Assembly: GCA_947628685.1 (NCBI GenBank)
Contig: CANRAT010000001.1
Coordinates: 1 to 48,480, forward strand
From: an uncultured Bacilli bacterium
GTDB taxonomy: Bacteria > Bacillota_I > Bacilli_A > RF39 > UBA660
Direction: 5' to 3'
Length of the DNA stretch: 48,480 nt
The translations under genes were made by a program, and so were the position numbers. The notes below the pieces were generated by a model. The model did no database searches. It was not told the origin of the DNA and was given only the letters and a program-made list of their open reading frames with translations. Positions 17,927 to 27,693 of this stretch are shown in pieces. The first letter of the stretch is position 1, and the number at the start of each line of letters is the position of its first letter.

Positions 17927-19927
17927 CTAATCCTTTTTTACATAAATATGTGCTTTATATACTTTATAATTAGAATATAAATTTAAATCTGTAACTCTAG
18001 CTGGATCCATAATGTATATATCATTATTAGTAGATATATAATCAAGAGCAACATAATGGTGTACTGAATTCCTATCTAATTTTGAAACTGCCAAAACTAT
18101 GTAATATTTTGAAGCATCATAACTTGATAATTTTTTAGCAATACTTTCTTTATTCATACCGGCTAAATTAATAGCAGTATAATATTCAAAGTTGGGCGCT
18201 AAATTTGTTGTACTTCTCCAAACAAAGTTTCCACCATTTACGAATTTATAGTATTTAAGTGCCACTCCAGGATCTATTGGAGATTCTACTGTAATAGTGC
18301 CACTTCTTGCTATTTGCATTGTAACAGAAGTAATTAAACAACCTATACTACACATTGTTGACTTACTACTAGGTACAGTCATATTGCTCCAAGTTCCGCC
18401 ACATTGTTTCCAATCTTTATAATATCCTGATGCGGGTGTTGCTGGAGTAGTGGTTCCACTATCCTCATTACCGCCTTCATCATCATTATCATCATTATTA
18501 TCGTTATTACTGTTATCATTATCTGTATTATTATCGTTATTTTCTTTATCGTTATTATTATTTGAAATATTTTCGTTATTAACATAATATTTTTTTTCAA
18601 TAAATTCTTTTAAGTATTCTCTATATTTATTATCATCAAACTTGTAGCACTTCCCATCCGATGCAAGTTCTATAGGTCTACAATAACTTGCATCCATTAC
18701 TGAAACCATATGTTGCGCTAAAACTTCCATGTCATGAGTACTATCATTAAATTTTGGAGTATAATTTGACCAATCGTAATAGTAGTCATATTCATCCGGT
18801 ATTGGTCTTTTATATGCAAGTCTATCTAATTGTTCTAAGTTAGAACTAAATACAATACCAATATCATCTGATTGCATAGTTAAAGTAGCCATCAAAAGAG
18901 GTAAATTTAAGTCTACATTATATCTAGTCTTATATTCATTGCTTAATCTATACATTTTAAAGAAGAAATCGTATATTAAACTCTCATCTTCAACACCATT
19001 TATACCAACTAAATTAGGATAAAAATCCTCTAAAGTTTCTAAATCCGCTTCATTATATTTACCATTAACATATTTATTTGCTACTGTAACTATATTAGAA
19101 TCTCTTAATTTACTGTTTCTAAATTTAACTACGTAGTGTTCTTGAAGAGTTAAAATTGCTACATCATCACTATCTTCATCAGTTATTTCTTCATCTAAAT
19201 CACTATCATCATCTTCCGCATCTTCTAACTTCTTATCAATTTTACTTGATTCTTTACTATCAGAAAGTTTATCGGCATCCCCAAATCCAATTGCTTTATA
19301 ATATATTTGAGATGCAGACATAAACAAATTAATGAATATAACCACAACAAATATAGGTATAGAAGCAATTAAAGATATTTTTATAAATTTGAATGAAACT
19401 TTTAAATTTTGACCATCTCCAATAGATGCCTGTTCTTGGGCTTCATTTCTTTGATCGTTTTGATTTTCAAAGAGTCCTGCTCCTAATCCAACTCCTAGAC
19501 CTCCACCTAAATTTCCAAATAATCCATTTTGTTTAGATGTTTGTCCTTCTTCCATAGAACTTGAACTATTATGCATTATTCCTCCACCTAGTGCGCTAAG
19601 ACCTTTAGGTTTAAGTCTATTTATAAAACTTTTATTATTTTTTCGACTAGGTTGGTTTAAATTTCTATTTTTTAAAAGATTATTGTTCTTTTGAGAATTA
19701 ATAGGTTGTGTATTACCAGTGGCATCATAATGTGGCATATTAGGATATCTTTGCTTTTTTATATCTTTTAATTTTTCCTCTAATTTATCATTATCATAAA
19801 GACTATTATAATGATCCATTCCTATAGCTTCAGAAATTTTTCTTAATCTATCAGCTTGGCTTTCAGAAGTTCCAGAATCTATTCCCAACTCACGAGCTAA
19901 ATCTTCTATTTTATCTGTTTGATGCAC
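17927..19927 (-). CDS. Bitopic T4SS protein with a C-terminal papain-fold (peptidase C39-like) domain
   Basis: Cytoplasmic N-terminus with a Gly-rich stretch, one TM helix, an acidic linker and an Asn/Asp-rich low-complexity tract. The C-terminal domain has Cys (STMCSIGCLITSVTM), His (HHYVALDY) and Asp (IMDPA), resembling the Peptidase_C39_2 pattern. The preferred start is the GTG at 19927, 8 nt after AGGAGG. Confidence 0.7.
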   Translation of the reverse strand: MHQTDKIEDLARELGIDSGTSESQADRLRKISEAIGMDHYNSLYDNDKLEEKLKDIKKQRYPNMPHYDATGNTQPINSQKNNNLLKNRNLNQPSRKNNKSFINRLKPKGLSALGGGIMHNSSSSMEEGQTSKQNGLFGNLGGGLGVGLGAGLFENQNDQRNEAQEQASIGDGQNLKVSFKFIKISLIASIPIFVVVIFINLFMSASQIYYKAIGFGDADKLSDSKESSKIDKKLEDAEDDDSDLDEEITDEDSDDVAILTLQEHYVVKFRNSKLRDSNIVTVANKYVNGKYNEADLETLEDFYPNLVGINGVEDESLIYDFFFKMYRLSNEYKTRYNVDLNLPLLMATLTMQSDDIGIVFSSNLEQLDRLAYKRPIPDEYDYYYDWSNYTPKFNDSTHDMEVLAQHMVSVMDASYCRPIELASDGKCYKFDDNKYREYLKEFIEKKYYVNNENISNNNNDKENNDNNTDNDNSNNDNNDDNDDEGGNEDSGTTTPATPASGYYKDWKQCGGTWSNMTVPSSKSTMCSIGCLITSVTMQIARSGTITVESPIDPGVALKYYKFVNGGNFVWRSTTNLAPNFEYYTAINLAGMNKESIAKKLSSYDASKYYIVLAVSKLDRNSVHHYVALDYISTNNDIYIMDPARVTDLNLYSNYKVYKAHIYVKKD

Positions 19928-19945
19928 TAATAACACCTCCTATTT

Positions 19946-21730
19946 TTATAATCCTCCACCACTACCAAATGAATCTAACTCTTCATCTGATACAATAACA
20001 TTTATTCTCATACGTCTAGAGCCACATATAAATAATGCTTCTCCCTGTCCGTATTGCTTTATACTTTCTTTTTCATTATCATTTAAATCTATTAATTTAG
20101 ATAAATCATCAACCGCTTGCTTTCTTAAACCCATTACAAGGTAATATGAAGCATTATCAAATATTGCCTTACCTTGAGTGATTACACTAGGATCACTAAA
20201 GTCTGTTGGTTGTTGTGTGATTATTATAGTACCTGTATTATATTTTCTAGCACGTCTTTGAATTTGAGCAAGGAAATCAGCACCTAATGTATTTCCTCCA
20301 CTAAGTAGAACGTGTGCTTCATCTACCATCATTACTGTATTAACAGATGAGTCTAGTGTAAGACCCCATGCATACTTAAGTACATTAAAGAATAATGCAT
20401 TTCTAATATTTGAATCAGCATTCATGATTTCTCTTATATTGAATACAATGAAATTACTCTTTGGTTTTATCGTAGTATGTCCATCAAAATAGTATTTTAA
20501 TTCTTTTACTATTGGTCTTATTTTTATTTCAAGTTTTTCAAGTACATCTTTTTCTTGTGACTTTTCTGGCATAGATAATATTCTTCCCTTTATAGTCGCA
20601 TAAACATCCTTAAATGTTGGATAATCTTCAGATTTAAACTTAGTAAAATCTGCATCAAAATCTATACCGAATCTTTTATAAGTTTCTTGAACAACTTCAC
20701 TAAACATATTAACTACATCTTCTTCAATACTAGGATCATAATATTTTAAAAATGCTTTTATTGTTTGTAGTGTTCTAGTAAATACTGTATATCCTAAGCC
20801 CTGCTTCATTTCGTCTTCATCAGCATCAATAACAACTTCAAGAGGATTTATCATACCAAATGATCCACCTTTACCAAGACTAATAAAATCTCCACCAAAA
20901 GTAGCAGTCATTTCTTCTAATTCCCCTTCAGGATCTATTACAACTATTTGATTATTATTTCTTATATGACTTCTAAGTAATAATTTTGCTGCAGTAGATT
21001 TACCACTTCCAGATGTACCTAAAATAATCATATTTGCATTATTTCTATTGTTTTCCTTCTTTATTTGGTATAAAAATTGGTTAAATAATATAACTCCTCC
21101 AGAAAAATCTATACCAAGTAATGTAGACAAACCTGGATCCTTAATACTATCAAATATAAATGGATACATAGCAGCAATAGAAGGTGATGGAATTGGAGTA
21201 CCAATTCTATCTTCTATATCTTGTTTACCATAAATAGGTAAAATAGATTTCAATACTTTATCTTGTTCAAATCTAAGTGGAATAGCTCTTAATTCCATTG
21301 CTTCTAAATAATTTTTTACTTGAACCTTTTTAGCATCCAATTCTTCTTGTGTATTTGCAGTTATCATGACATGCATCTGAAAATCAAATATTTTAGATTG
21401 ACTAGCAGCAAGTTCACTTATAAACATTTCTAGCGAATCATAATCCTGTCTAATTCTTTCTTTTATAGTATTATCTCTTTCGTCTTGATATCTTTGACGC
21501 AAATCAGCAAGTTCCTTATTTAACATCCTGCTAATACTGCTGAATGGAAGTGGTATATGTTTAATTACAACTTTAATTCCAGACATACTAGTTAAACTAC
21601 TTAAATATCCTGGGTATATAAATTTTGGATAAGATATAATGGTTAATATACATGCATATTTATCACTAATAACAAATTCATTTGATTTAAATTCTAGGCC
21701 TTTAGGCGCTATTTGACTTCTAATATCCAT
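19946..21730 (-). CDS. virB4: VirB4-family T4SS ATPase, C-terminal (ATPase) part
   Basis: Walker A LGTSGSGKST, Walker B MMVDEAHVLL, and IIITQQPTDF. The N-terminus (IAPKGLEF...YACILTIISYP) matches the middle region of VirB4/TrsE proteins. Confidence 0.88.
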   Translation of the reverse strand: MDIRSQIAPKGLEFKSNEFVISDKYACILTIISYPKFIYPGYLSSLTSMSGIKVVIKHIPLPFSSISRMLNKELADLRQRYQDERDNTIKERIRQDYDSLEMFISELAASQSKIFDFQMHVMITANTQEELDAKKVQVKNYLEAMELRAIPLRFEQDKVLKSILPIYGKQDIEDRIGTPIPSPSIAAMYPFIFDSIKDPGLSTLLGIDFSGGVILFNQFLYQIKKENNRNNANMIILGTSGSGKSTAAKLLLRSHIRNNNQIVVIDPEGELEEMTATFGGDFISLGKGGSFGMINPLEVVIDADEDEMKQGLGYTVFTRTLQTIKAFLKYYDPSIEEDVVNMFSEVVQETYKRFGIDFDADFTKFKSEDYPTFKDVYATIKGRILSMPEKSQEKDVLEKLEIKIRPIVKELKYYFDGHTTIKPKSNFIVFNIREIMNADSNIRNALFFNVLKYAWGLTLDSSVNTVMMVDEAHVLLSGGNTLGADFLAQIQRRARKYNTGTIIITQQPTDFSDPSVITQGKAIFDNASYYLVMGLRKQAVDDLSKLIDLNDNEKESIKQYGQGEALFICGSRRMRINVIVSDEELDSFGSGGGL

Positions 21731-22269
21731 TATGCTAACACCGTCCCAAATGTGGTAGTTTGCCCACCATTTAAGAAATTATCAAGAATCATTCTTAAAT
21801 CATCATTATTAGTTTGAAATGCAGTAAGTCCAGCAGAAGCAAAATTATTTATTAAAGTACGAATCCTTTTTTGTATTAAATCATTATCCTTTTCCTTAAA
21901 CAATAAGAAGTATTCTGTATCTACAACATTATTGTTCATAAACATATTTGCCTTATTTATATCTTCCATTACCAACTTTCTTTTTCTAGCATCTGTTAAT
22001 TTATTATAGTGCAACTGAAGTTCAGATAGATAAACATTAATGTCTACAGGTCTATCGGCAACAATAATCCAAAATTCATAATCTATAGCATTATAAACAT
22101 TCTTTAAATTAGTTATAATCGCATCTTGCATTGCCTGATCAAGTATAAAAATATTTCTAGGCATTATTTTAATACCTGTCACTTTTTGATTATTATCAAG
22201 TACAATCACGCCATTTGAAATATCCTTTACAGGAACATCCGTATATTTACTTTTTATCTCTTTCGCCAT
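21730..22269 (-). CDS. VirB4 N-terminal-domain-like protein (split VirB4, N-terminal part)
   Basis: About 180 aa. VTGIKIMPRNIFILDQAMQDAIITNLKNVYNAIDYEFWIIV resembles the N-terminal region of Gram-positive VirB4/TrsE proteins. Its TAA stop overlaps the ATG of the ATPase ORF (TAATG). The preferred start is MAKEIK at 22269. Confidence 0.6.
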   Translation of the reverse strand: MAKEIKSKYTDVPVKDISNGVIVLDNNQKVTGIKIMPRNIFILDQAMQDAIITNLKNVYNAIDYEFWIIVADRPVDINVYLSELQLHYNKLTDARKRKLVMEDINKANMFMNNNVVDTEYFLLFKEKDNDLIQKRIRTLINNFASAGLTAFQTNNDDLRMILDNFLNGGQTTTFGTVLA

Positions 22270-22567
22270 TATTTGCACACCAACCCTTCCATATATATTT
22301 TTGCCTTGTCGTATAAAATATCCAAGCATTTCTTATTACAGTACGTACATTATGGTAATTTGGAACAGGTATTACCAAAAAGCCACATATAAGTCCTGGA
22401 ATAATAGCAATAATTGCCATTGCAAAATTTTGAACGGGTAAGGCCATCATAAGTAAGAATGATAGCCCTACTCCGCATCCAAATATAACCAAATCTGATG
22501 TAGTAAATGCACCAAATTTAAGCATACTCTTTTTTGAGTTTGCTGGTATTAAATATGAATTGTCCAT
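22247..22567 (-). CDS. VirB3/PrgI/TcpE-like small membrane protein
   Basis: 106 aa. It has the KFGAFTTSDLVIF motif followed by two TM helices, and sits immediately upstream of VirB4 as in Gram-positive T4SS loci. Confidence 0.7.
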   Translation of the reverse strand: MDNSYLIPANSKKSMLKFGAFTTSDLVIFGCGVGLSFLLMMALPVQNFAMAIIAIIPGLICGFLVIPVPNYHNVRTVIRNAWIFYTTRQKYIWKGWCANNGERDKK

Positions 22568-22584
22568 TTAGTATCACACCCTTT

Positions 22585-25068
22585 TTATTTTTTAGATTTT
22601 GTATATTGTGCAACATCTTTGATATGAGCCATTTTTCCTGATGAAGTTTGAGCAACTGCACCTTTAGATGATTTACTCATTGTAACAAAATCGGCATTGC
22701 CATTTTCAATATCATCATCAGAAGGTACATACATTTCTTCAAACTCATCATCAACTTCTTTACCAGTTTGATTAACTTGTCTAGCAAGGCTAATCATTGC
22801 TTCTTTAGATTCTCTAATTACTTTATCCGCTGAAGCTTGTCCTGTTCCTTGTCTTTCAACTGTTTCTCCTGTTGTCTCATCTGTTGTTTCGTAGAATACT
22901 TGCCCGTTAGCTAACTCATTTATAGCTTTTTCTAATTCGCTTTCTTTATCAGCCTTAGCCTTCTTTTGAGCATCAACTGCTTCTTGATACTGCTCTTCAA
23001 CTGTTTTGCCTTCAATATCATCAAACATACTTTCATTTAAAGCGTCACGGCTAGCCTCAGCATCGTGAATTTGATCATCAATATTTTCTCCTTCTATTGC
23101 ATTTTTTTGATCTTGTAAAGCCGCTATTCTCTGCGTATATGCAGCATTTGCAGCATAAAAATCTGTATCAGAAGAATAATCAGAACGTGACAATTTTGAT
23201 TGCTCATTTCTTAATCTTGTTATTTCCAAATTTAATTCCCCAGATCTATTGGTATTTTCTAACTTTTTAGATTTCAATTCGGCAATTCTAGTATCATATG
23301 ATGTTCTCGCTTCTTCCACTTGCTGTGCTTTAGTTTTACCTGCTATATCTTTAAATGAAGCTCTATCTATTTGTGTCTTTTCTATTTGTTCTAACTCCTT
23401 TGCTATCGTTTTTGCACTTTTTCTTGCTACCTTATTTCCATCAGCATCTTTTGTATATGAATTATCATTTTTATCACAAGCTATAGCTTGATTTTTCATC
23501 GCTTCATATTGAGATTGGACAGCTTTTGCTTTTGATTCAACTTGACCAACTTTTTCTGCTGCTGTTGTTCCCACAAATTTAGATTTAAAAGATTCCCAAC
23601 TTGCTTTCATAGGCGAAACCCCGTTTGCTCTCATGTTTGCAACTTGTTTTTTTCTCTCGTGTGCTGCTTTATACGAATTTGAAAAATTCCTTCCAAACTT
23701 TTCTCCTCTTAAAGCTCCTCCAAACGCTTTGCCCATTCCTCTTAATCCTTGACCTGTTAATACAGCAGCGCCTCCTACTAATCCAGCAGTCGCTACTCCT
23801 TTTACTGGCCTAAATGCAGTCTTAGCGGTTTTTACCATTTGCTTTCCACCTAATGCTTGATCTTCAAATTTTTTAAGTGGATTAAGTTGGAATCCTCCTC
23901 CATCTAACTTAATGCCAAGCCCTTCAAGTAGTTTTGGTAATTGTTTAGCAAACATTAAAGCTCCTATGATAATAAATATTTTAATTATTAAACTATTAAC
24001 ATATGCTCCTGTTATAATATCCGTCATTCTATCTACTCTTGCAATTATAAATACTGCAAAATATAAAGCTAATAATCTAATAAATAAACTTAAATATGTT
24101 TTAAAACACATTTGATACCATTTTTTAAACAATCCATCTTTTCCACTTTTAGGATCAACATATGAAATTATTGGAATTGGCGCAACTAACTGCAAAACTG
24201 CAAGTTTTATACTACGAAGCGCAACATCCATACAAAAACTTATTAAAAGTAATACTATTACAACGCCTACTATAGTACTAAAAACATATCTATATTCAAT
24301 TATATAATTTTCATTATCTACATCTGTTGCAGTAGCTATATCCAACCTAAACATTAAAGGAAAATTTCCAATTTCTACACCTGTTACATAATTTTTTAAA
24401 GCATCTATACTAAATCTTCCGTTTGATTCTTCTGCTAAAGCATATAAAGATGTAGTATCATTATTATAAACCCAATCATCACCGGAATATGTTAATCCAG
24501 AGCAGCTTTCATTAAATACTTTTCTACCATTTTCTCTTATTTCGTTAGTTGTAAGTTGTGCACATTCATAGGCCTCTGTTATACCTAAATTTGGTGCGAA
24601 AAACGGAAGCATTGTCATATACGCCATTGTATCTCCAGCACTATTAAATGTATCATAATTAGATTGATCATCGCCGAATATGAGTGCAGAAAGCGAATTA
24701 TCTTCCAATATTATTGTTTGTAATTGATATGCATAACTAAATATATAAGGAGTTAGTATTAAAAGTGATAAAGATATTATTATATTTGTTCCAAGTTTTG
24801 TAACACCCTTTGATTTATCTGAAAAATCATCTGGATTAACTACATACATTATCAAAGAAAATGTAACTTTAAATACCATAAAAACAGCCAATAATTCATA
24901 TACTCTGTTAGCAACAATTGCTAAATCTGCATGTGAAAGAATTGAAGTTCTAGCAATGTTTATTAAAATCTCATAAAGCATTGAAATAAAATTATAGACA
25001 AGTTTATCAATATTAAAGAAAAATGTTCTCATTAAAGTTTGAAACCACATATTAGCTAAAACAAACAT
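22585..25068 (-). CDS. VirB6/TrbL-like polytopic T4SS channel protein with a long hydrophilic C-terminal extension
   Basis: The N-terminal ~400 aa has at least 6 TM helices. The C-terminal ~420 aa is a charged, coiled-coil-like region. AAGGAGGAG RBS. Confidence 0.7.
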   Translation of the reverse strand: MFVLANMWFQTLMRTFFFNIDKLVYNFISMLYEILINIARTSILSHADLAIVANRVYELLAVFMVFKVTFSLIMYVVNPDDFSDKSKGVTKLGTNIIISLSLLILTPYIFSYAYQLQTIILEDNSLSALIFGDDQSNYDTFNSAGDTMAYMTMLPFFAPNLGITEAYECAQLTTNEIRENGRKVFNESCSGLTYSGDDWVYNNDTTSLYALAEESNGRFSIDALKNYVTGVEIGNFPLMFRLDIATATDVDNENYIIEYRYVFSTIVGVVIVLLLISFCMDVALRSIKLAVLQLVAPIPIISYVDPKSGKDGLFKKWYQMCFKTYLSLFIRLLALYFAVFIIARVDRMTDIITGAYVNSLIIKIFIIIGALMFAKQLPKLLEGLGIKLDGGGFQLNPLKKFEDQALGGKQMVKTAKTAFRPVKGVATAGLVGGAAVLTGQGLRGMGKAFGGALRGEKFGRNFSNSYKAAHERKKQVANMRANGVSPMKASWESFKSKFVGTTAAEKVGQVESKAKAVQSQYEAMKNQAIACDKNDNSYTKDADGNKVARKSAKTIAKELEQIEKTQIDRASFKDIAGKTKAQQVEEARTSYDTRIAELKSKKLENTNRSGELNLEITRLRNEQSKLSRSDYSSDTDFYAANAAYTQRIAALQDQKNAIEGENIDDQIHDAEASRDALNESMFDDIEGKTVEEQYQEAVDAQKKAKADKESELEKAINELANGQVFYETTDETTGETVERQGTGQASADKVIRESKEAMISLARQVNQTGKEVDDEFEEMYVPSDDDIENGNADFVTMSKSSKGAVAQTSSGKMAHIKDVAQYTKSKK

Positions 25069-25115
25069 TTTTACTCCTCCTTATAGTTAAAATTACACAA
25101 TTCTAACCATAACAT

Positions 25116-25124
25116 ATTATAACA
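25116..25124 (-). promoter_or_regulatory. Extended -10 promoter element upstream of the VirB6-like gene
   Basis: Minus strand reads TGtTATAAT (hexamer at 25121-25116) directly after the upstream terminator U-run, about 45 nt upstream of the ATG. Confidence 0.4.
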
Positions 25125-25157
25125 AAAAAAACACAATTAATCAATAATTAAATGTGT
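25124..25157 (-). terminator. Weak rho-independent terminator after VirB2-like gene 25170-25556
   Basis: Imperfect stem ACACA-TTAA (25131-25140) / TTAA-TGTGT (25148-25157) with one A.A mismatch, followed by TTTTTTTT on the minus strand. Confidence 0.45.
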
Positions 25158-25169
25158 CTTATTTATTAT

Positions 25170-25556
25170 TTATTCAACATCTACTGCTACACAAGAATTA
25201 TCAGCAACAGTTCCATTTACAAAGCAGTTAAAACATTGAACAATTGAAGGCTCATTTCCTGCCAAGAATCTAACCAATATTTGAACAACTTGAATTACGA
25301 AGAACACAATTACAGCTGAAATAGCACGTTTAATAAATAATTGTTGTCCTTTTTTGATTTCGTCTTCTTTTGATGCAACAACCGCTTTTCCTAAATCAAG
25401 CATTCCGAATATTATAAGTAATATAGGTACCGCAATTTTTATTATCAATATAATTGTAGATACTATATAAGGAAAATTACCTGCAAATTGAAAATTGCTG
25501 CTTCCACAAGTATATATATCCTCTGAACTTGCCACTACCTTTGCCGCTAAAAACAT
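25170..25556 (-). CDS. VirB2/TrbC-like pilin paralog 3 (probably the most highly expressed)
   Basis: Two-TM hairpin with the conserved loop ASKEDEIKKGQQLFIKR and the C-terminal motif CFNCFVNG...C. It has its own exact consensus promoter, a GAGGAGGA RBS and a terminator. Confidence 0.7.
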   Translation of the reverse strand: MFLAAKVVASSEDIYTCGSSNFQFAGNFPYIVSTIILIIKIAVPILLIIFGMLDLGKAVVASKEDEIKKGQQLFIKRAISAVIVFFVIQVVQILVRFLAGNEPSIVQCFNCFVNGTVADNSCVAVDVE

Positions 25557-25580
25557 CTTTATTCCTCCTCAACTAATATA

Positions 25581-25609
25581 ATTATATATTGTTTTATATC
25601 AAATGTCAA
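25581..25609 (-). promoter_or_regulatory. Exact consensus sigma-A promoter (TTGACA-17-TATAAT)
   Basis: Minus strand, checked base by base: TTGACA (25609-25604), 17 nt, TATAAT (25586-25581). A GAGGAGGA RBS and the ATG at 25556 follow. Confidence 0.75.
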
Positions 25610-25615
25610 TATAAT

Positions 25616-26731
25616 TTACTTTAATATGTATGGATTATTTTGAGTGCCTTTTCCTTCTTGATATAATTCGTTTCCATCAATATATATAACTAAATTATAT
25701 TCATTATACGTATTTGCATTATCATGGGCAATTAATCCATTAGACATATAATATACCTCATATGAGTTGTTACTTACAGCATTCATAGTCCAAGTTGAAG
25801 ATGCAACATGGTGTAGATAATTATAATTTCTACAAGATTTAGAATTTGCATCCTTACAATCTGGATCAGTACTTGCCATAGCGTAATCTGAAACATTAAT
25901 TAAAGATATTACTTGTTTTTCTAAAATTTCACTACAGTCTAATTCTTTATTTATGCTATAGTCACCAATATTTCTTTTACCAACGCAAGAATCATAAGCA
26001 ACTACATGCTTTTTAGCGCTCTTGCTGATTTTTTTAGAATTCTTATACTCACTTATTAAACTTTCTAAAATATCACTATCTTTGTATATATTTTTCCCAT
26101 AAGACGCACTAGCATCTGAATTAAATTTATTATCCCATATTTTAAATGTACCTTCAGTACTTTCTTTTACAAGTTTAATAATATTATTTTCATCTATACT
26201 CATAATTCTATAATTGTTACCAAAAAATGTTATATAATTATTTACTTTATCGCCTTTAAAAATATATTCATCGTTAATTTTATAAAGGCCAGAACCTTCA
26301 GTTACTACATCTTCTAAAAGTTTATCTACCAAATGAGTTGTACTATATTCAGAACATTTTAAATTAACTGTATAATTTAAAAATCCACCATTATTTGTTT
26401 CTATTGAAGAACCATTTCTTCTAACATCAACACTACCATTGCAAGTAGAATCACCAAGTAATTTTTCAGTAGATTTTATATACTTCCCATCTACTAAAGT
26501 AGACAAACTAATAGTAACTAATTCTGCTTCATTACTTGGAGCACCGCCTTCTTTAGTTAAATACTTTTCAGCAGCACTAACCAATTTTTCTTCATATTTA
26601 TCATATGTAATTTTTTTTACGCCGCAAGACTGCATAATTACTAAAAATATAATGACAAAAAGTGGGATTAAAATAATAGATCCCGCTATAATTAAGAATT
26701 TTTTATCTAATTTTTTCAATGCATCTGTCAT
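25616..26731 (-). CDS. Membrane-anchored pilin-like/lectin-like protein embedded among the VirB2-like genes
   Basis: N-terminal TM anchor without a G-FTLxE site. The following segment (YEEKLVSAAEKYL...LVTISLSTLVDGKYI) parallels the pilin head start of 5591-7327. The C-terminus (SDYAMAS...STWTMNAV...NLVIYI) resembles the DUF6273-like domain of 11303-12379. Confidence 0.55.
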   Translation of the reverse strand: MTDALKKLDKKFLIIAGSIILIPLFVIIFLVIMQSCGVKKITYDKYEEKLVSAAEKYLTKEGGAPSNEAELVTISLSTLVDGKYIKSTEKLLGDSTCNGSVDVRRNGSSIETNNGGFLNYTVNLKCSEYSTTHLVDKLLEDVVTEGSGLYKINDEYIFKGDKVNNYITFFGNNYRIMSIDENNIIKLVKESTEGTFKIWDNKFNSDASASYGKNIYKDSDILESLISEYKNSKKISKSAKKHVVAYDSCVGKRNIGDYSINKELDCSEILEKQVISLINVSDYAMASTDPDCKDANSKSCRNYNYLHHVASSTWTMNAVSNNSYEVYYMSNGLIAHDNANTYNEYNLVIYIDGNELYQEGKGTQNNPYILK

Positions 26732-26739
26732 AAATACAC

Positions 26740-27165
26740 CTACTTATTACATTCTCCACTTGTTGAATCTGCACCATTTATAAAACAATTCGCACATTCC
26801 ATAATAGTATTATTGTCTGCAACAACACTTACTAACAATTGTACTATTGATGTTACAAAGAACACAAGTGCAGCCGCTATAAGTCTTTTAATAAACATCT
26901 GTTGCCCTTTTTTAATTTCATCCTCTTTTTGTGCAGTTATACCTTTAAATAAATCAAGCATTCCAAATATAACTAACAAAACAGGAACTGCTATTTTTAT
27001 TACTGTAATTATAGTATGAATAATATTTGCAATTTTCACATCTATATCTATACTTCCCATTCCAGAAATTTCTGTGCAACCTGTAATATTAACAGCGCTA
27101 ACCAATGTTGGTGTGCCTACTATTAAAAGTGCAACTAAAACTATTAAAAATATTTTTTTCTTCAT
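26740..27165 (-). CDS. VirB2/TrbC-like pilin paralog 2
   Basis: Signal peptide (…TLVSA/VN), a two-TM hairpin, the conserved loop AQKEDEIKKGQQMFIKR, and the C-terminal motif CANCFING...C. AGGAGGTAAGG RBS. Confidence 0.7.
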   Translation of the reverse strand: MKKKIFLIVLVALLIVGTPTLVSAVNITGCTEISGMGSIDIDVKIANIIHTIITVIKIAVPVLLVIFGMLDLFKGITAQKEDEIKKGQQMFIKRLIAAALVFFVTSIVQLLVSVVADNNTIMECANCFINGADSTSGECNK

Positions 27166-27196
27166 AAATCCTTACCTCCTATATTTTAATAATTTA

Positions 27197-27658
27197 TTAA
27201 CTATTGCCATGTACCTTTTCTGGATCTATTGCATTACCATCTGGGTCATAGCCATAACTGATCTTACAATCACCACTTATAAAACAGTCTATACAACTAA
27301 CTATATTATCTTTTTCTTCATTTGAATCTGCAACTAAACTTATCAAAAACTTAGATAAAACTATTACGAAAAATATTATCGCACCAACAATAAGTCTTTT
27401 AATAAACATTTGCTGTCCTTTTTTTATATCATCCTCTTTTTGAGCAACCACACCTTTTACTAGATCTATTGTACCCATTATAACTAATATTATGGGAACC
27501 AATATTTCAATAAATGTAACTATCAAACTTGTAATTTGGGGTATTTTATCTGGAATTTCAGCAATACCACCACATTGTACCTTTGTTGTTGCATTAACGC
27601 TCATTATTGGTATAAATAAAGCAATAGTAAGAATTACAATCCATTTTCTTTTCTTCAT
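27197..27658 (-). CDS. VirB2/TrbC-like pilin paralog 1
   Basis: Signal peptide (…MSVNA/TT), a two-TM hairpin, the conserved loop AQKEDDIKKGQQMFIKR, and the C-terminal motif CIDCFISGDC. Confidence 0.7.
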   Translation of the reverse strand: MKKRKWIVILTIALFIPIMSVNATTKVQCGGIAEIPDKIPQITSLIVTFIEILVPIILVIMGTIDLVKGVVAQKEDDIKKGQQMFIKRLIVGAIIFFVIVLSKFLISLVADSNEEKDNIVSCIDCFISGDCKISYGYDPDGNAIDPEKVHGNS

Positions 27659-27693
27659 TGTTCACCTCAATAAATCAGTAAATCCCTAAAATT

